Positions 33,502 to 61,215 of a stretch of 64,000 nt of DNA are shown here, in pieces. Position numbers and translations under genes: made by a program. Each line of letters begins with the position of its first letter. Position 1 is the first letter of the stretch. Source of the DNA: Macrostomum lignano (Eukaryota); contig NIVC01000146.1 in NCBI GenBank assembly GCA_002269645.1, positions 248,001 to 312,000 on the forward strand, read 5' to 3'. The notes under the pieces were generated by a model, which did not search any database, was not told the origin of the DNA, and saw only the letters and a program-made list of their open reading frames with translations.

Positions 33502-36500
33502 ATGATTTTCACGCCTGTGCCGTACCAGGCCGATCCCGCCGATTACCAGTTGGATGCGGACGCGCTGCCGCCGCAGCATCAGCAGCAGCTGCCGCAGTAC
33601 ACGGCTGGCAGCCAGTACACCCGGTACAGATCTCCCACCGTCTTCGGCACCGTGGCGGCAGTCGGCTTCTTCGGCATGTCGGTGGGGTTCACGCTAATCA
33701 TCTGCTCCTTCATTGTCTACAGCTCATCGTGAGGCTGCTGGGGCTGCTGATTCATGGGACCCGCGGGGCCTTAATTGATAGGGGGTCCCACTCTCTCCCT
33801 CTCGCTGTCGTCCTCTCACTGCCTCCCACTCACTGTCTCCCTCTTCACTGTCTCCCTCTTCACTGTCTCCCTCTCACTGTCTCCCTCTCACTGTCTCCCC
33901 TCGCTGTCTCCCTCTCACTGTCTCCCTCTCACTGTCTCCCTCTCACTGTCTCCCTCTCACTGTCTCCCTCTCACTGTCTCCCTCTCACTGTCTCCCTCTC
34001 ACTGACTCCCTCTCACTGTCTCCCTCTCACTGTCTCCCTCTCACTGTCTCCCTCTCACTGTCTCCCTCTCAGTGTCTCCCTCTCACTGTCTCCCTCTCAC
34101 TGTCTCCCTCTCACTGTCTCCCTCTCACTGTCTCCCTCTTCACTGTCTCCCGCTCAGTGTCTCCCTCTAAGTGTCTCCCTCTCAGTCTCTCCCTCTCAGT
34201 CTCTCCCTCTCAGTCTCTCCCTCTCAGTCTCTCCCTCTCAGTCTCTCCCTTTAAGTTTCTCCCTCTCACTGTCTCCCTCTCACTATATCTCCCTCTCACT
34301 GTCTCTCTCTCGCTGTCTTTCTCTCACTATCTTCCTCTCACTGTCTCCCTCTCACTGTCTCCCTCTCACTGTCTCTCTCTCACTGTCTCCCTCTCATTAT
34401 ATCTCCCTCTCACTGTCTCCCTCTCACTGTCTCCCTCTCATTATATCTCCCTCTTACTGTCTCTCTCTCACTGTCTCTCTCTCTCATTGTCTCCCCTCAC
34501 TGTCTCCATCTCACTGTCTCCCTCTCACTGTCTTCCTCTCACTGTCTCCCTCTCACTGTCTCCCTCTCACTGTCTCCCTCTCACTGTCTCCCTCTCACTA
34601 TCTCTCTCTCTCACTGTCTCTCTCTCTCACTGTCTCCCTCTCACTATCTCCCTCTCACTGTCTCCCTCTCACTATATCTCCCTCTCACTGTCTCTCTCTC
34701 ACTGTCTCCCTCTCACTGTCTCCCTCTCACTATCTCTCTCTCTCACTGTCTCTCTCTCTCACTGTCTCCCTCTCACTATCTCCCTCTCACTGTCTCTCTC
34801 TCTCACTGTCTCCCTCTCACCATCTATTGGAGCCTACTGAGAAAAGCGACAGCAGGGCCCCAGAGCCCAATTTAATCCTGAAACGGGCGGCGCTGTCCCG
34901 CGGTCCCCAGCCGTGGCTCGCATTGCGTGACGGCGTCAATTGAGTGCAGAGGCGCAAATCGCGCGAACAGAAAAATCTGCAGCGGAAGCAGCGGATCCGC
35001 GGGTTTCCTGTGGCGCGAATTTAAATCGACGCGCGTATGATGAGGGAGGAACTCGCTGCAGCCTGGGGCCTGGGAGGCTGGGGGACTTGCTGGAGAACAA
35101 AATCCGCAATTTGCTAGCCCGCCGTGCCAGGAAAAAGCTCGATTAAAAGCAAGCAAAATCGAGCTCTTCAGCTGACGACACTCAACTGCCTGCTGACGCA
35201 CCTGGGCGCATGACTTCCTTGCCGTGCGCTCCACACCCTGCTTGCTTTCCGCTCATTTGTCTGGCCTCCCCATCCCACACCTGCGTGTTGTCACGCTCCC
35301 ACACTGCGGAGACTTAGTCATGGGAGAAAATGGAAACCAATTTAATTGCTGCAGAGTCAGAATCCAAATCTAGTGTATGATATTTTACGAGTACGAGCGT
35401 TTATACATATTTTATATTCATATTTCATATTCATGTTTCATATTTCATATTCATGTTTCATATTTCATATTCATGTTTCATATTTCATATTCATGTTTCA
35501 TATTTCATATTCATGTTTCATATTTCATATTCATGTTTCATATTTCATATTCATGTTTCATATTTCATATTCATGTTTCATATTTCATATTCATGTTTCA
35601 TATTTCATATTCATGTTTCATATTTCATATTCATGTTTCATATTTCATATTCATGTTTCATATTTCATATTCATGTTTCATATTTCATATTCATGTTTCA
35701 TATTTCATATTCATGTTTCATATTTCATATTCATGTTTCATATTTCATATTCATGTTTCATATTTCATATTCATGTTTCATATTTCATATTCATTTTTCA
35801 TATTTCATATTTCATTATTTTATATTCATGTGCAAAGTGAAAGTCCTACAGGACCAACCCCACCCCACTCCATGCACAAGCAACACAGGACCAACCCCAC
35901 CCCACTCCATGCACAAACACAACAGGACCAACCCCCACTCCATGCACAAACACAACAGGACCAACCCCACCCCACTCCATGCACAAACACAACAGGACCA
36001 ACCCCCACTCCATGCACAAGCAACACAGGACCAACCCCACCCCACTCCATGCACAGCCTTACAGGACCAACCCCACCCCACTCCATGCACAGCCTTACAG
36101 GACCAACCCCACCCCGCCTACTGAAAAGAAATTATCAATGTATAAACAGTAATTATATATATATTCATATTCTATCGAATTCCAAAAGCTTTATAGACCA
36201 GGAAAATTTTGTTTATTTTCCTCGAGAATCCCTGACAAAAACGGGGCTGGTCACTGGGCAAATCCTGGCTGGACGAAGTCAGTCAGAATTCTGCCCAGCA
36301 AATTGAGAGCGCACTGGAGCAGTCTATACACAGAGAAATTCAATTTCATCTCAAGATGTACTGCGCGGCTTGGATGGACGAAATTTGTCTTGGTCGGAGA
36401 GGAGGGCGAATATGCAAATTTGAGTCCAGTCCCACAGCTAGCCTCTCCACAGCATAAAATGCTTAGTAAATGATCAGAAAAAGGGTTTGAGGGCAGCTGC

Positions 36501-37412
36501 ATTCCATAGTCTGACAGCATTTTAACATATACGTGTATGAAGATAGAAAACTGATGCAGGCCGGAGAAGGAAAAGAGATTTAGAGACATCGTGAGCCATT
36601 TAGGGGATGGAAAGTAGAGAGAGGGGATGGGAGGCAGACAGGGAGAGGATGGGAGGCAGACAGGGAGGGGATGGGAGGCAGACAGGGAGTGGATGGGAGG
36701 CAGACAGGGAGGGGATGGGAGGCAGACAGGGAGTGGATGGGAGGCAGACAGGGAGGGGATAGAAAATATGAATAAGAGAGAAAGGGCTGAAAGGGAAAGA
36801 GGGTTAAGCTGAGAGAAGAGGTGAGATTAGGTAGAGGGATTAAGAGAGATGTGAGTAGCGGGTGTGAGCAGCATTCTCTGTTTTTCGTCTTTTCTAAAAC
36901 CCTCCGTCACCCAAAGCTACTCAACGCTAGAAAAAAGATGTTAGAAATGAAAAACCCAACATTTCCCATTATACAGTCGAGTCTGGGGCAGCACCCTGGG
37001 CCGCGGCGGTCTGCTGCTGCTGATTGCCGGGAGCGGACTGCTCACAGCTGCCGCTCTGCATCACTTCTGCAAGGAACCGGCTAGAAGGCAGGTGAGGAGA
37101 GCATAGCTCAGTACTATAACTAATCATAATCATATTCAAAACCCCGGATGATCAGATCGAGCCTTCTCAATCCTACAGCTCCTTGACCGTCTTGTACGCA
37201 TCGGCTCCTCCATCAAGCTGTGCTGCCGGGGCCTCAGGGGCAGCTGCTGCCCTGCCGGCATCGCTCATCTCGTCGCCTCGAATGGCAGCGCCAGCAGCGG
37301 CGGCGGAAAATCGGCCACGGGCGCGGCAGCTGCAGCCGCCCTTCGCCTGCGCACCCGGGCAGAGAGCACCGAGCTGCTCATGGAGTGCCGGAACCCGCCC
37401 ACGCCTGTCTGA
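33502..37412 (+). CDS. 191-aa two-pass membrane protein of unknown family; exons 33502-33728, 36977-37091, 37179-37412
   Basis: GC3-rich codons. Donor TC|gtgagg 33729 matches phase-2 acceptor ttcccattatacag|T; donor CAG|gtgagg 37092 to acceptor tcctacag|; sum 576 nt. TM1 VFGTVAAVGFFGMSVGFTLIICSFIVY, TM2 GGLLLLIAGSGLLTAAAL, tail with CC pairs. AATAAA motifs near 38030. Confidence 0.65.
33820..34820. repeat. 14-bp repeat (ctcactgtctccct), intron 1 of the 2-TM gene
   Basis: Direct periodicity. Confidence 0.92.
35415..35830. repeat. 20-bp AT-rich repeat (tatttcatattcatgtttca)
   Basis: Near-perfect 20-bp period. Confidence 0.95.
35847..36115. repeat. ~32-37-bp repeat (acaggaccaaccccaccccactccatgcaca...)
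   Basis: Direct periodicity. Confidence 0.88.
36622..36760. repeat. 23-bp repeat (gatgggaggcagacagggagggg)
   Basis: Direct periodicity. Confidence 0.85.
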
Positions 37413-37897
37413 CCCCAATTGACCTCACCAGAGAGCACCGAGCTGCTCATGGAGTGCCGGAACCCGCCCACGCCTGTCTGACCCCAATTGACCTCACCAG
37501 AGAGCACCGAGCTGCTCATGGAGTGCCGGAACCCGCCCACGCCTGTCTGACCCCAACTGACCTCACCAGAGAGCACCGAGCTGCTCATGGAGTGCCGGAA
37601 CCCGCCCACGCCTGTCTGACCCCAACTGACCTCACCAGAGAGCACCGAGCTGCTCATGGAGTGCCGGAACCCGCCCACGCCTGTCTGACCCCAACTGACC
37701 TCACCAGAGAGCACCGAGCTGCTCATGGAGTGCCGGAACCCGCCCACGCCTGTCTGACCCCAACTGACCTCACCAGAGAGCACCGAGCTGCTCATGGAGT
37801 GCCGGAACCCGCCCACGCCTGTCTGACCCCAACTGACCTCACCAGAGAGCACCGAGCTGCTCATGGAGTGCCGGAACCCGCCCACGCCTGTCTGACC
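37361..37897 (+). repeat. 69-bp tandem repeat x8 duplicating the last codons and stop of the 2-TM gene
   Basis: Units start at 37361, 37430, 37499...37844; each encodes ESTELLMECRNPPTPV* in the gene frame. Confidence 0.92.
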
Positions 37898-38714
37898 CAA
37901 CTTTCCAGTAAGCATGTAATGAGTCGACCTTGCCATAATCGTAGACGCATTGATACAGACTTAAACCGCGCTTTAAAGTATGAATTCTGAGAGCACTGAG
38001 CGAACTGATCAGTACTATTGGTAGTATGAAATAAATAAAAAAGAGAAAAACTGACGCAATAATTTTGTTATTATCTGAATGAGTAAATTCTCAGTTAACA
38101 AATTTGCAATAAATATTAGCGAAAACGAATTTAACGATTTATTAATTTAAAGAAACGCGCCTATATATAACAAAATAACAAAAATACCAAAAATGGGGAC
38201 AGAAGGGACAGCTGGACTCATATTGCACATTGCATTGGGAAATATAATAATACCAAGCTAATTAAATTCACTGAATTAGCGAGATTAGACTGAGACTCGG
38301 GGGGAGATTAGATCAATAAAGTACAATCAATCAATCACTTATCACCAAACAGGCAGTCTCCGGGATCGAAGGGTGCCAATAGCGGAGTCTCTCAATAATT
38401 CGAAACAGATAAACAATTATGACAGTCGGAGATAAATAGTTTTGTAACACAAGGTAAACCAGAGAGTTCTCAGTTATAGGATTATAAATGTGACTACAAT
38501 ATGAAGCCTCTGGCGACAGAGGAACATCTCTATGCGTGTAGGCAGTAGGAAAAGAAACATTGATAACAGTCAGGAAAATACAACAAAAACTTTAATAATA
38601 ATGCGATAGCAACTAGAATAGATTTATTGCCGCTTATCTGATGACTTAGTAAAGCGATAACGGGCAGTGATTGCGCAATGGGCAGCTTGAAAACATATGA
38701 AGGAATGAGTAGGG

Positions 38715-39015
38715 GTCAAGTAGGGCTTGAGTAGGGGTTAAGTAGGGGCTGAGTAAGGGCTGAGTAGGGGCTGAGTAGGGGCTGAGTAGGGGCTGAGTAG
38801 AGGTTGAGTCGGGGTTGAGTAACTAGGGTTGAGTAGCTAGGGTTTGAGTAGGGGCTGAGTAGGGGCTGAGTAGGGCTGAGTAGGGGCTGAGTAGGGGCTG
38901 AGTAGAGGTTGAGTCGGGGTTGAGTAACTAGGGTTGAGTAGCTAGGGTTTGAGTAGGGGCTGAGTAGGGGCTGAGTAGGGGCTGAGTAGGGGCTGAGTAG
39001 GGGCTGAGTAGGGGC
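38715..39015. repeat. 11-bp repeat (gagtaggggct)
   Basis: Direct periodicity. Confidence 0.88.
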
Positions 39016-39571
39016 AGAGCAGGAGGCCCATATTCGTGACTAGCACAGTTCAAAAGCAGAGTTTCTAGAATTCTTTGAATAATAGCAGATAAAGTTGAAA
39101 AGCCAAAAAAGGTAAATAAAAAACTAAACAAAAAAAGAAAAGGTGTGAGATGCGCCGGGAAAGCTTAGCAGTGCGAGGACAATAATGTGTGATAGCGTCA
39201 TGCAAAATCAATGATCAAAAAGCCTCTCTGATAAATATTTAAAACCCCAACCAGACAGAGCAGATGTGAGACAGACAGGCTGAGGCTGAGAAACAGTAGA
39301 GTCTCAATAACTGTGAGACATTAGTTACAACTTACAACCTGGTTTATACATTGAAAAAAGCCTATTGAATTTTATTGCGAGCCTGTGCCGCGATTAACTC
39401 ACAGCAGTCAGTCAGAACAGTAAGAGATTTGGAAAATCAGGTAGCCAGAGACTTACATGGGGGAGGAGGGTTCAGATCAATTCGGCCAGGTGTCCGAGCA
39501 TAGCCAATATCAGATGAATTCGGCCAGGTGTCCGAGCATAGCCAATACTGCAGATCCAAGACAGCTCAGCT

Positions 39572-54174
<14,603 letters not shown>

Positions 54175-54349
54175 CTGTGGGGAGAGATTGAATTCTGTTA
54201 ATAATGATGAATGATTCCTATTAATTTGCTGATGCACAGGAAACGGCTTGTTTCAAAGAGGCGGGATTCCGGTCTAGAAATCAGTTAATACAAATTAGGA
54301 TTTGAAATTAATGCACCAGTACGATGCGCTGGGATTGGATTGCAGAAAT

Positions 54350-54940
54350 TGAGGGATCAGTGATTGATGGGGATCAGTGACTGGGATCAGTGATTGATGG
54401 GGATCAGTGACTGGGATCAGTGATAGATGGGAATCAGTGACTGCGATCGGTGATAGATGAGGATGAGGACTTGGGATCAGTGATAGATGGGGATCAGTGA
54501 CTGGGATCAGTGATAGATGGGGATCAGTGACTGGGATCAGTGATAGATGGGGATCAGTGACTGCGATCAGTGGTAGATGGGGATGAGTGACTTGAGATCA
54601 GTGACTAGGATCAGTAATAGATGGGGATCAGTATAGATCGGGGATCAGTATAGATCGGGGATCAGTATAGATCGGGGATTAGTAACAAGGATCAGTGATG
54701 GGATCAGTGATGAGATCAGTGATAGATAGGGATCAGTGACTGGGATCAGTGATGGGATGAGTGATGGATGGGGATCAGTGACTGGGATGAGTGATAGATT
54801 AGGATCAGTGACTGGGATGAGTGATAGATGGGGATCAGTGATGGGATCAGTGATAGATGGAGAAGATCAGTAATGGGGATGGGAATCGGTAAGTGACTGG
54901 GATCAGTAATGGATGGAGATCACTCAGATCAGTGACTGGG
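54350..54940. repeat. Degenerate ~15/30-bp repeat (gggatcagtgactgggatcagtgatagatg)
   Basis: Direct periodicity. Confidence 0.85.
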
Positions 54941-55379
54941 TTTAGGTCACAGTGAATCACTACAAGAAACCCAAAGTGAAAAAAAGTAGTACAATTGAGC
55001 AGGCCAGTCTAGAGGCCACAGTGTGAGCTAATCAAACCAAACGCAATGTTTTTCACTAATAAGTTCGTGAGGCCAATCTAAAGGTAGTCGGCAAAAGGTT
55101 AACTTTGAGAGCCGAATCTCACCCAGCATACAGCTGCAGGTGCGCTGGAAAAGCGCGGCCACCTAGAGCACAGCCGTGGATTGCGCACATACATGTACAT
55201 GAATGTATTATTGTAACAGTCTATAGCTTAACACAATAGCTAGTTGAAAAGGGTAAGGTCAGAATTCAATTGGATACATATTCAAATGGTTCCCTACTAA
55301 AAAAAATGCAAACCTTTCTACTCTGTTCTGTAGGAATCATACAATTCCAAAAACTCTGTCTCTTTATTCACCCTTTACG

Positions 55380-55900
55380 CTCTATATTCCTTCACACTCT
55401 ATTCACTCTCAACATATCCCCATTCACCCTCATGCCCTCTCTATTCACTCCCAACCCTCTCTATTCACTCTCACACCTTTATTCACTCTCACACCCTCTT
55501 TATTCACTCTCACCCCCTCTATATTCACTCTCACACCCTCTCTATTCACTCTCACACCATTTTCATTCACTCTCATACCCTCTATTCACTCTTAACCCTC
55601 TGTATTCACTCTCAGTATGTCTTCATTCACTCTTACCTTTTCTATTTACTCTCAACATATCTCCATTCACTCTCACCCTCTCTATTCACTCTCACACCCT
55701 CTTTATTCACTCTCACACTCTCTATATCCTCTCACGCCTTCTCTTTTTACTCTCAACATATTCCGATTCACTCTCGCCCCTCTACTCATAGTCAGTCTTC
55801 TCACTCTCTAAATCCACTATCCTTCACCCTCTATTCCCTATTACTCGACATTCCTATTCACTTTCATCCACTCCCATTCACCCTTTATCACTCTCATTTT
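55380..55900. repeat. Degenerate repeat (ctattcactctcacaccct)
   Basis: Recurring attcactctc motif. Confidence 0.75.
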
Positions 55901-57534
55901 CGCTAAATCCCACCTTCTCTATTAACTCTCAGAATCTTGTATAACTCGTTTGTTCCTTCTCTAATAGCGTATATTCTCTCTTATAGCCAAGCGTGCTCTT
56001 TATGGACTCTCATTCCCCCTCCTTTAAACTTACTACAGTTGGCACTCTGCTTAGCTACACCCCCCATTTTCCTCTCGTTCTCGTTGAGTGCAAAATAAAG
56101 CCTATACATGGGCTATGCAGAAATAAATAGAACACTGTTGCTAAGGACCAAACTGGCCTGGACTAGGACGGCACAGGAAAGTGAAATAGATATGCGACGA
56201 TTAAAGTACATCCACCCGAAGCCCGTGTTATTGCACTCGCAAAGCTTGCAAGTGTTCCTAAGCAAATGAGCCATTACTGGCTTGCATTTCAGTCATCATA
56301 TTTATCCAATCCAGCAATTGTTGTCACGTGACGCGCAATTTTCTCTCCCTTTCAGTCCTTCTAGACCCTCTCCTCCGCTCAAGATGAAAATAAGCCATGT
56401 GGGAGGGTTATTCCTAAGCCCTGTGCCTCTCCGGCATGCGGAGGAATCAGTCGCTGATTACCATTACCAAAAATGTGTTCATTTCTGCTACAGGCACAGC
56501 GCGCTACGTATCCGAAATTAAGGCCAAATAGCAATCAAGAACACGGCGGGAGGGAAAGATGGCGATGAGAGGCTGGGAGAGAGAATTGAGGGAGCAGTCG
56601 GGGAAGAGGAGGAGGGGGAAGCCAAGATAAGATAGGAGGTGTTTCATATCGATCCGGCCAAACAGGCCAATCGTGTTTTAAGAGTGGCATTGTCAAAAGC
56701 AGAACTACATGGCTTCTATCTATCATAGCCCTGTCTCTCTGCCGGTAATTCAATGCAATTAGACAAGATTAGCAGGGGGGACTACTGAAGTGCTGAGGAG
56801 CAGCTAGGGGCAAGGTGGATAATTTATCAAGTGCAACAAGTACACTCAGAATTCCCATCCCTGCACAAGCCGAATCCAATCATGATCGGTTCTCAAAATT
56901 TCTAATACCTAAGAAAACTAGAGTCGACTCAGTCAAGTAGTCTCAAGCTGGGCTGCGTACTAATATATATTTTTGAATTCCTAAGTATGAACTCAGTCTA
57001 GGGCTGTTTGATAGATTGAAGAAATGTGTTAGACAGAGGAATGGAGCGGGCTGGGCGATATTCGCTTTCTTATGCGGAGAGAGACACCAAGCCCGCAGCA
57101 GGCGGCGTCGGGCGAGAAATAAGAAATTGAGCCGCGTCCTCCCCAAGGGAAACGGGAGGAGGAGGCGGTGAACTGCGGCGCGATGCGGGCGAGAGAGAGG
57201 GAAAGGAGATTCAGGAAACAGAGCCGGAGCAATAACTGGGCAAAGGATTTTTGAAATGGGAGAAGCGGAGGGGAAAAACTCCCCCCCCCCACCGAGTGCT
57301 GTTGAGCTGGCCTGGTGTTAAAGACGCCGGCATCGCCTGCCCACCTACTGAGCTTCTCAGCTGAGCAGCAGCTGGCGCACTCATCAATTGGGCACCAGCC
57401 ATTGCAGCTATTTATCGACTGCTAGCCAAGTTCTCTTCCACTTGACCAGCTCGGGAAAGGCGGTGGTTGGGGAGGAGTACCAGCGAATATTTGTACTTGA
57501 GTGGCTTGAGACACTTGTCACTTAAAAACTGATC

Positions 57535-57920
57535 CATCCTCAATTGCCACCATCCACAGCAACCAGTAGATATAGCATCAGCTCCATCCTCAATTGCTAC
57601 CATCCACAGCAACCAGTAGATACAGCATCAGCTCCATCCTCAATTGCTACCATCCACAGCAACCAGTAGATACAGCATCAGCTCCATCCTCAATTGCTAC
57701 CATCCACAGCAACCAGTAGATACAGCATCAGCTCCATCAATTGCTACCATCCACAGCAACCAGTAGATATAGCATCAGCTCCATCCTCAATTGCTACCAT
57801 CCACAGCAACCAATAGATACAGCATCAGCTCCATCCTCAATTGCTACCATCCACAGCAACCAATAGATACAGCATCAGCTCTATCAATTGCTACCATCCA
57901 CAGCAACCAGTAGATACATT
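57535..57920. repeat. 50-bp tandem repeat (catccacagcaaccagtagatacagcatcagctccatcctcaattgctac)
   Basis: Period 50 (57601 and 57651); about 8 copies. Confidence 0.9.
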
Positions 57921-58683
57921 ATTAGCTCTATGTATAAAAATAACTGAGATGACACATAAAATTTAAAACTATGCCATATATTAAAATGGCTATGCAAAGT
58001 TGGCAACCATGCGACAGATTAGCCATATGCCAAATGGCCATAAATCTAAAGTGTCTACACATTTTTCATTTTCTAGGTTTTTTTCTAAGTATATTAAATT
58101 ATGATTTTCAAGTGGCTTTAAATAGAAAAAAAGAACTATTAACCAATAAAATAGAAGTAAAAAACCTGTTTTTTAAGCAAATTAAAATCATTCTTTTAAC
58201 TTTTTGTGAACTTTTTACTTTAAGGCCCAAATAGAGAATCTAGAATATTGATTACAGTTATTTCAATGACAAGAAAATTTGGTGACAATTGTTTTGGTAA
58301 CTAGCAAAAGTCATTTTGGTAATAAGACAAGATGCTTTGATGATTGTTGTTTTAATTAAAAATATATATTAAGTGAAAAGCTTGGAAGTGAATAGTTTTT
58401 ATTTAGAGATTTGCTAAAATATTTAAATAACACTACATTTTATTTTGTTTATTTTCTAGAATGAAAGTGTTGCAATCTTTCACAATGTATATTTGCTAGC
58501 TCCAATGAATATTTCTTATGCTTTTCTTGATATGCATTTCATTATAAGAACCTTCTAAGTATGATATGTACAAAAGTAAAGAAACATATCAGTTAAATTA
58601 ATTTATTTAATAACAATTCTATTAATAGCAATTGTCAAACAGTTTTATTCAATAAGTCCTTTAATTTTAACAAAGGACTAATT

Positions 58684-58873
58684 CAGGGGTGTAAGGAGGA
58701 GGGGGATAAGGGGATGTATCTTCCCAAAGAGCCTGACCAAAACTTTTTTGTTGCCCTTTGTTTCTATACACGCTACCATGTGACTCTGTCATAGCACTTT
58801 TACCTTGGTGTATCCCCCCATAGAAAATTCACCTTGGTGTATCCCCCATAGGAAATTCCTGGCTACACCCCTA
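58684..58873. mobile_element. 190-bp hAT-superfamily MITE
   Basis: Ends CAGGGGTGTA...TACACCCCTA; perfect 8-bp TSD GACTAATT at 58676-58683 and 58874-58881; internal direct duplication accttggtgtatcccccatag. Confidence 0.85.
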
Positions 58874-59094
58874 GACTAATTGATCTTTTAATAGAATTTT
58901 GAAAATAAAAAAATATAAACTTTACCAAAGTAGCTAAAAACTGATATATATGAAATGCCTATCACTAAAATGGCCACTAACTAAATATTCCTTTATTAAA
59001 GACAAAGTGTGTTTGTCAAAAAGCAACCTGTAGCCAAAATGTCTATTACCAATAAGGACCAACCCTGGATCTTATAATAAGTGCAAGCCAAGTA

Positions 59095-59285
59095 AGAGAA
59101 AAGAGATAGAATAGAGGAGAAAAGAAGAAAGAAAAAAATAGAGCAAGAGTAGAAAAGGGAAAGAAGAGAAAGGAGAGAAAAGAAAAGAGAAAAAAGAAAG
59201 GAAAAGGAGAAAGAAAAGAGAAAAGAAAAGAGAGAAGAAAAAAATGGAAAGAAAAAAGAGATTAAAGAAAAGAGGCTAAAAGACA
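59095..59285. repeat. GA-rich low-complexity tract
   Basis: Direct inspection. Confidence 0.8.
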
Positions 59286-60925
59286 AACTTTGAGTAGATA
59301 AGATTGTTAATAAGTTTCAAAGCATTAAAAAGCTAGATAGAAATGCTTAGCACGCCATATATATATAGCTTTTAGACTAATGTTTATCTTTCCCTAAACA
59401 ATTTATTTTGCTTTATAGGTTTTTTATACTCTATCTTTTGTTTTCTAGGTATTTTAGCCATTTTTGAGCTTTTTATTTGTAAGTCTTTCTAGGTTGTAAA
59501 CACCTAGCATATCAAACTTTCAAAGAATCTAGTTTTTATTATTACAATTAGTTAGGAATTTAAGTTTTAAAAAGATTTTTATAAAAAGTTCTATATTAAT
59601 TGCTATAGGCCTAAGTTTTATTGTCTAAACAATGATAGAAAAACAAAAAATATAATGGTACTAAAATATATTTCATTACATAAATAATATGAATAATAAA
59701 TATTTTAAGATTAAAAAATAGGTAAAATTAAACATTTTGTGGTCCTATTGATTTATATATTTAATACAATAGACAATAGTTACTTGATATATATGGCTAT
59801 TCTATAAATATTTTAAATTTATCAACTTTAGATAGCCTTTATTTTATATAGCATTGCTACTTTGATATGGCCATCTTGACATTTAACCTACAAATAAAAT
59901 ATACTGCTGGCATTTGGTATTCTTTTATTTAAGCTTGATGCAAAATTGAAAGCTAGGATACCAATTAGCATTAGTAAAAAATTAATTAAAAAATTTAACT
60001 TTTTACATAACATGATAGATTTAATGTATTTTAAAACTAAAAACCACAACCACATCAAAATACATACGCTATGTTAAAAATGCATTTAAACTTTATTACT
60101 TACTTTGAACAACCCTTTCCATTGGCATTGGTGCTTGTTCCTTAGTAGAGGATGACATGACTAGACTAGGCTTTGATGCTCAGAAAATAGCTAATATTAA
60201 TAGGTACTAAGTAGACTTAGAAGTAATGTTGTAATGTCAAAAGGGGTCTATGTATACTCCAAACTTATATATATATGATTCGAATCAGGATAAAACTGAT
60301 ACTAAAATTAAATTAAATTAATAATAATAAACAAACTGGAAATGATGTCTTGGATGAATGAAGGAATTATAATTTCAACCTCCTTGTTAGGTTGTATACA
60401 TAATAATAATAAAAATTATATCAAAAAGAATACTGAATTGAAAAACCAGATAGATAATTAAAATTATATATTTTAGCTGGCTGTTGTTGGAGTTGATGCG
60501 CGAGCGAGGGACCAGGCACTCAAATTTAAAAAGTACAAAATAGTATTCCTAACAAAGTATAAACCTAATTATCAGTTTTTACTGTATTTTACAGAGCAAA
60601 CTGTAATAAATATTAAGCATTACTTTAAAAATGTGAGCTTTGCTCTTTAACTTAGCAGTCAAAAAATATTTAACGACTTTTTTTCAGATACCGCAAGATA
60701 CAGCAGTATAGTGCACAGTGATAACAACTGCTATTACCACCAACGTTACTAAGCTCGATTCAATTATCAATTACTAATGTGTTGTTTTGTTAAGATTTTT
60801 TTGTTACAAACAAATCATTAGTACAATAAGTTTATTTTATTTGATGAAATTTTCAGGAACTGCATCATTACCCCATTGGCTTTTAGGGCATAGGCCTACT
60901 GCATGTTAACTGTATTGTAGCAATT

Positions 60926-61215
60926 TATGTATCCCCCTTTTGCCCCGGGCGAGTGTCTATGTGACGCATGTTTTCATTTATTTCCCTAGGCCTAGGTGAA
61001 TAAATCATTTATTTCCCGCTGCCCCGCGGGCTGATAAATTCGAGACAACAACCATAGACAACGAACGGGGGGATACATATCATATTCCCCACTCATCTAG
61101 CTGTCTAGGGCCAAAAGCACTCGGTGTCTCGATCATTGACCTCGGCTTCGCCTCGGTCAATAAACGAGACACCTCTTGCTTTTGCCTGCTAGACAACAAA
61201 ATAAATGGGGAATAT
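60926..61215. mobile_element. Double-hairpin palindromic non-autonomous element (unclassified DNA transposon)
   Basis: Hairpin 1: TATGTATCCCCC/GGGGGATACATA (60926-61079) with centre CCTAGGCCTAGG. Hairpin 2: ATATTCCCCA/TGGGGAATAT (61082-61215) with centre ATTGACCTCGGCTTCGCCTCGGTCAAT. Confidence 0.6.

Noticed and set aside
24843-35840. Long periodic ORFs (MLHP, GALG, ERRRGE, SLSP, FHIS repeats)
   Set aside because: Translations of tandem or low-complexity DNA; no codon or splice support.
36547-36590. Possible small exon KTDAGRRRKRDLET with furin-like site upstream of TM2
   Set aside because: Weak purine-rich acceptor; the 33728 donor gives a better phase-matched, GC3-rich model.
39473-39555. 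38-bp direct duplication in the calcineurin 3' UTR
   Set aside because: Real but only two copies, with no functional clue.
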